DNA of 64,000 nt from contig JAEUIC010000029.1 in assembly GCA_016795285.1 (NCBI GenBank), positions 133,518 to 197,517 of the forward strand, given 5' to 3'. This DNA is from Planctomycetota bacterium (GTDB lineage: Bacteria; Planctomycetota; B15-G4; SIAN01). Under the pieces are notes generated by a model. That model worked only from the letters and a program-made list of their open reading frames with translations. It was not told where the DNA came from and searched no databases. Positions 48,401 through 55,900 of this stretch are shown in pieces; position 1 is the stretch's first letter, and each line of letters starts with the position of its first letter. A program made the position numbers and the translations under genes.

Positions 48401-50909
48401 CTTCCTGCTGGCCAACGACAAGTGGTTCCGCCACATCGCGAGCCGCCTCGCCCCCGACGGCTCGGTCTTCATGATCGACTGGTACGACCGGCAGGCGTGC
48501 CACCACACGAACGAGGAGATCTGGAACCGGACCAACGGCCGCATGTACCGCGTGAGCTACGCCGCTCCCGGTGCGCCGCCCGCCGAGCGCCTGCCGGTGA
48601 ACGTCCCGGCGATGGCCGAGGACGCGCTGCTGCGCCTGCAGGCGAGCCCGAACGACTTCTGGGTGCGGCGCGCCCGCGTGGAACTGCAGCAGCGCGGCCT
48701 CTCGCCGCGCGGCGTCGCCACCGCCGAGCAGCTCGCGTCGCTGCACGCCGATCCGACGCGGCGGCTGCGCGGCCTCTGGCTGCTCCACGCCTGCGGCAAG
48801 CTCGCCGAGAGCTTCGCGCTGCAGCGCCTCGCGACCGACGCCGATCCGCACGTGCGCGGCTGGGCCGTGCGCCTGCTGGCCGAGGACAAGTCGCTGTCGC
48901 CGACCGCGCTCGACGCCGTGACCGCCGCCGCGAAGGGCGACGCGTCGCCGATCGTGCGCCGCGAGATCGCCTCGGCGCTGCAGCGCCTGCCGCTCGACGA
49001 CCGCTGGGAGCCGCTCACGGCGCTGCTCGCCCACGGCGAGGACCAGGACGACCGCAACCTGCCGGCGCTCTGCTGGTACGCGCTCGAACCGCTGGTCGGC
49101 TACAAGCCGGTGCGCGTCTTCACGCTGCTGCCCGACATCGCGCTCCGCTCGCTCCACTCGCTGGTGATCCGCCGCGCCGCCGCCGATCCGAAGTGCCACA
49201 TCGCGCTCGCCTCGCTGCTCGCCTCGATGGAGGACGCGAAGGTGCAGCGCATGGTGCTCGAGACGATGCACGGCGAGCTGAAGGAGCAGCGCGGGCTGGC
49301 GACGCCGGCCGGCTGGCCGGCCGCCTACGCGCTCCTCAAGGCGCAACCCGAGACGGCGCGACCGGCGCTGCAGGTGGCGATCGACTTCGGCGACCGCTCG
49401 GCGGTGCCGGAGCTGCTGGCCGCGGCGCAGGATCGCGGCGCCGACGTCGAGTGGCGCAAGGCGGCGCTCGCCGCGCTCGCCCAGCTGAAGGACGAGCGGG
49501 CGGCCGGCCTCGTCGCGAAGCTCGCCGTCGACAAGGCGGTGCGACGCGAGGCGCTGCGCGCTGCTGCGAGCTTCGACGAGCCGACCACGCCGGTCACGCT
49601 GCTCGCGCTCTGGAAGGAGTTCGACGCCGTCGAGCGGCGCGAGGCGATCGACACGCTCACCGCCCGGCCCGCGTGGTCGCGCCTCCTGCTGCTCGCGGTG
49701 GGCGAGGGCAAGGTCGCGCGCGCCGAGCTGCACGCGACCGCGCTGCGCCGCATGCGCGACTTCAAGGACGCGGATCTCGACACGCTGATCGCCGCCCACG
49801 TCGGCCTGGTGCGCGACACGCCGGAGGAGAAGCTGGCGCGCATCGCCGAGCTGAAGAAGGCGCTGACGCCCGACGCCCTGGCGAAGGGTGACCTCGAGCA
49901 CGGCCGCGCGCTCTTCGTCGCGACCTGCATGAAGTGCCACGCGCTGTTCGGCGTCGGCGGCAAGATCGCCCCCGACCTCACCGGCTCGAACCGCGCCGAC
50001 CTCGACTACCTGCTCACCAACGTCATCGACCCGAACCAGGTGATCGGCAAGGACTACCAGGTCACCAACGCGTTCGTGAAGGACGGCCGCATGGTGAGCG
50101 GCATCCTGCTGCGCGAGAACGAGTCGGCGGTGACGCTGCAGGCGGAGAACGAGGTGGTCACGCTCGCGCGCGCCGAGCTGCAGTCGCTGAAGCCGAGCAA
50201 GATCTCGCTGATGCCGGAGGGGCAGCTCGACGCCTTCCCGCCCGAGGCGATCCGCGACCTGATCGCCTACTTGCAGTCGCCGCGCCAGTCGCCGGTGCGC
50301 GCCACGACGGCGAGCCTCCCCTACTTCTTCGACGGCCAGTCGCTCGCCTTCTGGCGCGGCGACTTCGGCCTCTTCCGCGTCGAGCCGGGGGCGGGCGGGC
50401 CGGAGATCGTCGGCCACGCGCCGGCCGGGATCGACCAGAACGCCTTCCTCCTCTCCGACTTCGTGGTGGGCGACTTCGCGTTGACGCTCGAGGTGCGCCT
50501 GGTCGGCGATGCCGGCAACAGCGGCATCCAGGTGCGCAGCGTCCCGGTCGGCGACGACCCGCTGCGCTTCGAGATGAAGGGGTGGCAGTGCGACGTCGGG
50601 CCGGGCTGGTGGGGCAAGCTCTACGAGGAGCTCGGCCGCGCCGTGCTGTCGGATCGCTCGGGCGAGCCGCACGTCGTGAAGGACGGCTGGAACCGCTACG
50701 AGATCGTCGCGACCGGCAGCCGCATCCGCACGCGGCTGAACGGCCACGTCACCACCGACCTCGACGATCCGCAGGGGGCGGCGCGCGGGCAGATCGCGCT
50801 GCAGATCCACTCGGGCGGGCCGACCGAGGTGCGCTTCCGCAAGCTCGAACTCGTGGTCGATCCGCCGGCGCTGCCCGCCGTCGGCGTCGACGTCGCGCCG
50901 CGGCAGTGA
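45456..50909 (+). CDS. Giant multidomain protein: N-terminal FG-GAP/VCBS(ASPIC)-like repeats, then a PVC-type 'membrane-bound dehydrogenase' beta-propeller domain, HEAT repeats, a c-type cytochrome domain, and a C-terminal DUF1080 domain
   Basis: Signal peptide (MRNRLVRVTLAATTVAASSATQLLAQA). FG-GAP-like DxDGDGxxD motifs. Dehydrogenase-like region (LWVVEAHSYPQ...WGPDGWLYGCHG...NPWGLDWNDHGEAF). HEAT-like helical repeats. CMKCH haem-binding motif. C-terminal DUF1080 (GNSGIQVRS ... IALQIHSGGPTEVRFRKLEL). RBS AGAAGAGGGAAG upstream. Confidence 0.85.
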   Translation: MRNRLVRVTLAATTVAASSATQLLAQAAPPTAPPAKPLPSFTTTRLSDQFLCEGASFGDFNNDGDGDVVSGPYWYAGPDFKQRFEIAEPTAYDPLGYSKNFFAFPYDFDRDGWLDVFFVGFPGERAWWAQNPKGEARRWIEHDVFPIVDNESPWFTDVTGDGQPELVCISKGAWGYATFDAKEPTKPWTFHAISPDLGLQRFTHGLGVGDVNGDGRPDLLERTGWWEQPKSLAGDPLWTKHDFPFSTGHGGAQMLVDDVDGDGDADVISSLNAHAWGLSWFEQVKDAAAGGAITFLEHRLMNEPSEPHPEGCCFSELHALAQADVDGDGLKDFVTGKRFWAHGPTGSPGAGDPALLVWWQLVRRTAGGAAGQSGAATFVPHTMYDDSGVGVQVVAGDINGDGKCDVVVGNKKGTFVTLQDDEVTRTNRALQKRIEEVLDEKKREMDKVRGGLAPQAAAPQAAAPARRHPGRDDGTLPLGLDGKPLNSDFETGDLRDWTATGTAFEGQPIRGDSPARRNRESSLHEGDFWIGGYEKHGDDPQGTLLSAPFRVTQPFASFLIGGGPHATTVVELLRCDDAGAPLDTPPFFRCFGAGFESMQPIVVDLAREQGKTIRLRLTDAQGGHWGHLNFDDFRLHAKRPDVKRPANVPLILEPDPPIADGLAPQDAAKAMSVAPGFQVDLIAAEPDLHQPIALCIDGKGRLWVVEAHSYPQREPEGQGKDLVVVFEDRDQDGRFETRTEFMKGLNLVSGLEVGFGGVFIGASPWLLFVPDANDDLVPDGEPQVLLDGWHWEDTHETLNAFAWGPDGWLYGCHGVFTHSRVGKPGTPDDQRIPLNAAVWRFHPTRHDFEIFAQGTSNPWGLDWNDHGEAFVSACVIPHLFHLVPGGRYIRQAGSHFNPYTYVEIDTIADHPHYPGNDPWGANGRSHAFGGGHAHCGALIYLADAFPAEYRNSIFMGNIHGNRVNRDLLEPQGSGYVGHHGQDFLLANDKWFRHIASRLAPDGSVFMIDWYDRQACHHTNEEIWNRTNGRMYRVSYAAPGAPPAERLPVNVPAMAEDALLRLQASPNDFWVRRARVELQQRGLSPRGVATAEQLASLHADPTRRLRGLWLLHACGKLAESFALQRLATDADPHVRGWAVRLLAEDKSLSPTALDAVTAAAKGDASPIVRREIASALQRLPLDDRWEPLTALLAHGEDQDDRNLPALCWYALEPLVGYKPVRVFTLLPDIALRSLHSLVIRRAAADPKCHIALASLLASMEDAKVQRMVLETMHGELKEQRGLATPAGWPAAYALLKAQPETARPALQVAIDFGDRSAVPELLAAAQDRGADVEWRKAALAALAQLKDERAAGLVAKLAVDKAVRREALRAAASFDEPTTPVTLLALWKEFDAVERREAIDTLTARPAWSRLLLLAVGEGKVARAELHATALRRMRDFKDADLDTLIAAHVGLVRDTPEEKLARIAELKKALTPDALAKGDLEHGRALFVATCMKCHALFGVGGKIAPDLTGSNRADLDYLLTNVIDPNQVIGKDYQVTNAFVKDGRMVSGILLRENESAVTLQAENEVVTLARAELQSLKPSKISLMPEGQLDAFPPEAIRDLIAYLQSPRQSPVRATTASLPYFFDGQSLAFWRGDFGLFRVEPGAGGPEIVGHAPAGIDQNAFLLSDFVVGDFALTLEVRLVGDAGNSGIQVRSVPVGDDPLRFEMKGWQCDVGPGWWGKLYEELGRAVLSDRSGEPHVVKDGWNRYEIVATGSRIRTRLNGHVTTDLDDPQGAARGQIALQIHSGGPTEVRFRKLELVVDPPALPAVGVDVAPRQ

Positions 50910-50994
50910 CGCCGCGCGACGCGGCGTGCGCGCGACGCCGCTCGCGAACTATCCTGCCGCGCGTCCTGATCCCGAACCGCATGAGAGGCCCGCG

Positions 50995-51303
50995 ATGATC
51001 GTCCACATGGTGCTGCTCAAGGTGAAGTCGACCGTCCGCAAGCCGAAGCTCGCGAAGGTGATGGAGTCGATCGGCGCGCTCGCCGAGGTGATCCCCGGCA
51101 TCACGTCGTTCAGCTGGGGCCCCTACTCGTCGCCCGAAGGGATGAACAAGGGGTTCAACGTCGGCTTCTGCTCGACCTTCCGCAACGCGAAGGCGCGCGA
51201 CCGCTACCTCACCCACCCGGCGCACGAGAAGGTGAAGCTCGACGTGCTCGAGCTGCTCGACGGCGGCGTCGATGCGGTGATCGCGTTCGACTACGAGGAG
51301 TAG
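50995..51303 (+). CDS. Dabb (stress-responsive alpha/beta-barrel) domain protein
   Basis: About 100 aa. MIVHMVLLKVKS...FSWGPYSSPEGMNKGFNVGFCSTFRNAKARDRYLTHPAHEKV is typical of Dabb. Confidence 0.65.
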   Translation: MIVHMVLLKVKSTVRKPKLAKVMESIGALAEVIPGITSFSWGPYSSPEGMNKGFNVGFCSTFRNAKARDRYLTHPAHEKVKLDVLELLDGGVDAVIAFDYEE

Positions 51304-51317
51304 TGCGGGCGTCGGCG

Positions 51318-51352
51318 GCGGATCGATCCGGGAGCGTTCCGCCGCCGAGCAT
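51318..51352 (+). repeat. REP-like element copy (GATCCGGGAGCGTTCCGCCGCCGAGCATCGCACC) between convergent genes
   Basis: Seen directly. Confidence 0.8.
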
Positions 51353-51359
51353 CGCACCG

Positions 51360-51911
51360 TCAGCGGCCGGCGGTCGTTCCGCCGCTCGGCGTGCCGCCGC
51401 TGCCACCGCTGCTGCCGCTACCGCCGCCGGCCGGCGCCTGCGGCGTGGTCCACTCGGCGGCGAGATCGATCCGCCCCGTCACGCCGCCCGCCCCCTCGAC
51501 GGCCCACGCATTGCCACCCTGGCCGCGCGTCAACGCGAAGAGTCGCGTGCAGCGGTGGCTGCCGTCCGGCATCACCAGGCAGACCGGCGTCGGCGCTTCG
51601 TTGGTCAGCGTCGGCGCGAAGCCGAGCGCCATCAGCATCTGCTGCGACGACGGCGCGGACGACAGCGCCGTCTGCACGAGGTTGCGCAGCAACGCGAGGT
51701 CGGGATCGCAGCAGTTGGGACCGAGCGGCAGCTGCAGCGTCGTCCAGCGCGTCTCGACCGCGACCATCTCGGGCGTGCGCAGCGGCGCGAGCATCGCCGC
51801 CTTCACCGCCTGCTGCTCGAGCGGGGTGCGCGACTGGAACGGCGGCGTGCCGCTCGCGAGATCCACGGTGAGCGTGAACGAGAGGCGGAACGGCACGGTC
51901 GTCACGGGCAT
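51360..51911 (-). CDS. Hypothetical protein with a Gly/Ser-rich C-terminus
   Basis: High GC3 and ordinary composition. No recognisable motif. Confidence 0.45.
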   Translation of the reverse strand: MPVTTVPFRLSFTLTVDLASGTPPFQSRTPLEQQAVKAAMLAPLRTPEMVAVETRWTTLQLPLGPNCCDPDLALLRNLVQTALSSAPSSQQMLMALGFAPTLTNEAPTPVCLVMPDGSHRCTRLFALTRGQGGNAWAVEGAGGVTGRIDLAAEWTTPQAPAGGGSGSSGGSGGTPSGGTTAGR

Positions 51912-51988
51912 GGAACGATCCTCGCAACCGGGCAGTGCAGCGGGAAGTGCAGCAGGCGCCGATCAGTCGGGCGCCTTTCGGCGCGAGA

Positions 51989-54463
51989 TCATGGCCGATC
52001 GCTGGCGGCACCGCGAAGCGAAGTCTCCATCACCGGTGCCAGCGTCGTCAGCGACGCGGCGATCGCGAGCCCCATCGAGGCGTCGGGCTGGCGACGCATC
52101 GCCGACGACGTCCCGCCTTTCGCGATGCGGTGGCTCCAGTCCACCTCGCCGTCGGAACCACTGCGTCCCGAGCCGTCGCGGTCGATGCCGATCGTCTCGG
52201 TCCACTCCTGCGCATTGCCGAGCGCATGGACCAATCCGTACGGGGAGATCCCGATGCGCAGGCAATCGCCGACGGGGCGCAATCCGGCGTAGTCGTAGGC
52301 GTAGAGCAGCGCCATCGCGCTGGTGTCGCGCACCGCCGGGGCCGGTTCGCGCGGCGGGAAGAGCGTCTCGAGCGGCGCCGGGTCGTCCCCCCACGGGTAG
52401 ATCCGCCCGTCGTCGCCGCGCGCCGCCTTCTCCCACTCTTCCGCGGTCGGCAGCCGCTTGCCGGCCCACTCCGCATAGGCGACCGCCTCAGCGAAGGTGA
52501 GCCCCACCACCGGCAGCCGCCCCCACTCGGGGGAGTAGCCCCATTGCCAGGAGCGGGGCACCTCGGTCGGCACCCCCTGCGCGGCGCAATCGCTGCGGTA
52601 GTGCTCGTACTCGGCGCACGACACTTCGCAGCGGTCGATCCAGAAGGTCGGCAGCTCGCGGAGCTCCATCTGCGGCGGCGCGCCATCCGGCGCCGTGGCC
52701 GCGCTCGTCGTGGCAGGAGGGAGTCCGAACCGGAACGGCCCCGCCGCCACTTCGACCATCCCCGAGTGCACCTCGGCGAACGGCCGCACCCACGCGTGCA
52801 CCGTCGTCGCTCCGACCGGCAGCACGCGCGTGAGCTCGCTGAAGCCGACGCCCGGCTGCTCGACGACCACGCGCCCGAAACCCGGCTCGAGTTCGACATC
52901 GGCGAGCGGCAGCCGGCCGAGCTCGACGGCGGCGCCGAGCGCACCGGTCCGCGGGTCGATCGGCCGCCACGAGACCTTCGCCCCCTGCGCCATCGCATTG
53001 CCGGAGACCGTGAGGCGCGCCCGAGTGGCCGCCACGTCCTGCCGCTCGTCCCACACGAAGAGGAGCGCGAGCGCCGCCGCGCCGCCGAGCGCGCCGAGCA
53101 GCCACTCCCGATGCTGGCGCGACCAGAACAGGAGCTTGCGCGTGAAGGGCGGCGGGCTGGCTTCGATCGCCTCGAAGCTCAGGAAGTGGCGCAGGTCGCG
53201 CGCGAAGTCAGCGGCGCTGGCGTAGCGGTGCTCCGGCTTGCGCTCGAGCGCGCGCAGGCAGATCGTCTCGAGATCGTGCGGCACCTTCGACTGCGCGCGG
53301 CGGAGCGGCGGCGGAGCGGCGGCGGCGATCGCCTCGAGGACCTGATCGCGGTTCGGGCCGTCGAACGGGCGGCGCAGCGCCAGCAGCTCGTAGAGCACGA
53401 TGCCGAGCGCGAAGAGGTCGCTCGGCGCGCCGACCTCGTCGCGCTTGCCGGTGACCTGCTCGGGGCTCATGTAGTGCGGCGTGCCGACCAGGTCGCCGTC
53501 GAGCGTGATCGTCTCGTCGGTGCGGTCGAGCGCGAGACCGAAGTCGAGGAGCTTCGGCTGCCCGTCCGCGTCGAGCAGCACGTTGTGCGGCTTCACGTCG
53601 CGATGGACGATGCCGCGCTGGTGCGCGTGGTCGAGCGCGTCGGCGAGCGCAGCGACCAGCTCGGCCACGCGCCGGAACCAGCCGCGGTCGAGCGCCGGCG
53701 AGCCGCCGGGGCTGTTGCTGTGGCGATCCTTCTGCTCCTGGAGCAGGTCGTCGAGCGTGCGGCCCGGCACGTACTCCATCGCGTACCAGCGCAGCTCGCC
53801 GTCCTGGTGCGCTTCGAGGATCTTGACGATGCCGGGATGGTCGAGCCGTGCCGGCGCGCGCGCCTCGCGATCGAACCGCTCGACGCGCCCGCGCCGCCCC
53901 GCGCTGGCGGGCGGCAGCACCTTGATGGCGACGTCGCGCGGCAACGAGAGCTGGCGGGCGAGGTAGACGGTGCCCATGCCGCCTTCGCCGATCCGGCGCA
54001 CCAGCTTGAAGTCGCCGAGCTGGCGCCCCACCAGCGGGTCCTCGGAGGCGGGACGAGCGGCCCCGGCCTGCTCCTGGCGCGCCTGCTGCATCACCTCGCG
54101 CACCGCGAGGAACTCCTGGCAGGCGCGGCGGAGCGCGGGGCGCACCGGTTCGGGGTGGCGCGCGACGAACGCTTCGAGCGCCACGGAACTCTCGGGAGCC
54201 GCGCTGCCGGCCGGTCGCTCGCTCGCCTCAGGCGCCTCCTCCACCGTCCGCACGAAGGCGAGCAGCAGCGGCTCGATCGCGGGATCGAGCGGCGGCGGGT
54301 TGCGATCGGCGGAGGGGACGTTCACTGCGGGCGCGGTCCACGAGGGGGGGCGGCGTCGGTCATCGATCCGGGGGGAGGTGCGCGGGACGCGGCGCTGCTC
54401 GGCAACGCGCGAACCGCTGCCACAGCGCAGCATTCGCCGCCACGCAACTTCCTGCTTTACCAC
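51989..54463 (-). CDS. Ser/Thr protein kinase fused, through a TM segment, to a C-terminal FGE-sulfatase (SUMF1/formylglycine-generating-enzyme-like) domain
   Basis: Kinase subdomains (GEGGMGTVYLA, VAIKVL, HRDVKPHNVLL, DFGLA, GTPHYMSPE). TM (LLGALGGAAALALLFVW). FGE-like motifs (GNAQEWTET, RIAKGGTS). The exact start is uncertain. Confidence 0.8.
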   Translation of the reverse strand: MVKQEVAWRRMLRCGSGSRVAEQRRVPRTSPRIDDRRRPPSWTAPAVNVPSADRNPPPLDPAIEPLLLAFVRTVEEAPEASERPAGSAAPESSVALEAFVARHPEPVRPALRRACQEFLAVREVMQQARQEQAGAARPASEDPLVGRQLGDFKLVRRIGEGGMGTVYLARQLSLPRDVAIKVLPPASAGRRGRVERFDREARAPARLDHPGIVKILEAHQDGELRWYAMEYVPGRTLDDLLQEQKDRHSNSPGGSPALDRGWFRRVAELVAALADALDHAHQRGIVHRDVKPHNVLLDADGQPKLLDFGLALDRTDETITLDGDLVGTPHYMSPEQVTGKRDEVGAPSDLFALGIVLYELLALRRPFDGPNRDQVLEAIAAAAPPPLRRAQSKVPHDLETICLRALERKPEHRYASAADFARDLRHFLSFEAIEASPPPFTRKLLFWSRQHREWLLGALGGAAALALLFVWDERQDVAATRARLTVSGNAMAQGAKVSWRPIDPRTGALGAAVELGRLPLADVELEPGFGRVVVEQPGVGFSELTRVLPVGATTVHAWVRPFAEVHSGMVEVAAGPFRFGLPPATTSAATAPDGAPPQMELRELPTFWIDRCEVSCAEYEHYRSDCAAQGVPTEVPRSWQWGYSPEWGRLPVVGLTFAEAVAYAEWAGKRLPTAEEWEKAARGDDGRIYPWGDDPAPLETLFPPREPAPAVRDTSAMALLYAYDYAGLRPVGDCLRIGISPYGLVHALGNAQEWTETIGIDRDGSGRSGSDGEVDWSHRIAKGGTSSAMRRQPDASMGLAIAASLTTLAPVMETSLRGAASDRP

Positions 54464-54540
54464 CCCCCGGGGGGAGACCGAGGATCGCGGGAACTCCCGG
54501 GTCGGGCTCGGGAGGTTGCCGGGACTGCGCGGAGCTCGCC

Positions 54541-55854
54541 ATGGGAAAGAACGTCTATCTGCTCGCCACCCTCGACACGAAGGGGCACGAAGCGGCCTTC
54601 GTGCGCGATGCGCTGCGCCGGCTGAAGGTGGCGGTGAAGCTGGTCGACGCCGGCTCGCTCGGCGCGCCGAGCGTGCGGCCCGACGTGAAGCGCGAGGCGC
54701 TCTTCGCGGCGGCCGGCACGACGCTGGCCGAGGTGGCCGCGCGCGGCGAGCGCGGCGCGGCGGTGAACCTCGCCGCCGCCGGTGCCGCCGAGCTGGTGCG
54801 GCGCGCCTACGCGAAGGGCGACCTGGCCGGCGTGCTGGCGATCGGCGGCTCGGCCGGCACCACCATCGGCACCGCGGCGATGCGCGCGCTGCCGCTCGGC
54901 GTGCCGAAGGTGATGGTCAGCACGCTCGCCGGCACGCCGCAAGCCGGCGACTACGTCGGCAGCGCCGACATCGTGATGGTGAACTCGGTCGTCGACGTGC
55001 TGGGCATCAATCGCATCAGCGCGACGGTGCTGACGCGCGCGGCGCAGGCGATGGCGGGCATGGCGCGCGGCAAGCTGCCGAAGCTCGGCAAGCGGGCGAA
55101 GCCGCTGGTGGCGGCGTCGATGTTCGGCGTGACGACGCCGTGCGTCGAGCGGGCGAAGGCGCGGCTCGAGGCGGCCGGCTGCGAGGTGCTGGTCTTCCAC
55201 GCGACCGGCAGCGGCGGCAAGACGCTCGAGCAGCTGGCGCGCGACGGGCTGCTGGCGGGCGTGCTCGACGTGACGACGACCGAACTCGCCGACGAGCTGG
55301 TCGGCGGGATGCTCACCGCCGGCAAGACGCGCCTCACGGCGGCGGGCGCCGCGGGGATCCCGCAGGTCGTGTCGGTGGGCGCGCTCGACATGGTCAACTT
55401 CTTCGCGCCCGAGACGGTCCCGGAGCGCTTCAAGGAGCGGAAGTTCCATCGCCACAACGCCAACGTCACGCTGATGCGCACCACCGCGATGGAGAACGCC
55501 GAGCTCGGCGTCGAGATCGGCCGCAAGTGCGCCGCGGCGCGCGGGCCGTGCGCGCTCTTCCTGCCGAAGCAGGGCGTCTCCGCGCTCGATCGCGCCGGCC
55601 AGCCCTTCGACGATCCCGCCGCTCGCCAGGCGCTCTACGACAACATCGAGGCCAACTGCGGCGCCGTCCCGGTCCACGAGATGGACTGCCACCTGAACGA
55701 CCCCGCCTTCGCCGACGCGCTGGCCGACCAGCTGCTGGCGTTCATGGGGATCGGCGCGAAGCGGGCGGCGGGGAAGAGGGCGGCGAAGCGAAAGGGGTCG
55801 GCCAAGCGAAGCGGGACGACGAAGCGCGCAGTGCCGGCTCGACGTCGGCGGTGA
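54541..55854 (+). CDS. UPF0261 / Tm-1-like family protein
   Basis: MGKNVYLLATLDTKGHEAAFVRD... N-terminal domain, followed by a domain with the GVLDVTTTELADEL...PQVVSVGALDMVNF pattern characteristic of UPF0261. A basic C-terminal tail is present. Confidence 0.75.
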   Translation: MGKNVYLLATLDTKGHEAAFVRDALRRLKVAVKLVDAGSLGAPSVRPDVKREALFAAAGTTLAEVAARGERGAAVNLAAAGAAELVRRAYAKGDLAGVLAIGGSAGTTIGTAAMRALPLGVPKVMVSTLAGTPQAGDYVGSADIVMVNSVVDVLGINRISATVLTRAAQAMAGMARGKLPKLGKRAKPLVAASMFGVTTPCVERAKARLEAAGCEVLVFHATGSGGKTLEQLARDGLLAGVLDVTTTELADELVGGMLTAGKTRLTAAGAAGIPQVVSVGALDMVNFFAPETVPERFKERKFHRHNANVTLMRTTAMENAELGVEIGRKCAAARGPCALFLPKQGVSALDRAGQPFDDPAARQALYDNIEANCGAVPVHEMDCHLNDPAFADALADQLLAFMGIGAKRAAGKRAAKRKGSAKRSGTTKRAVPARRRR

Positions 55855-55900
55855 GCGGCAGCGCCGTCCGCCCCGACATCCATCCGCTCTCCCGACCGGC

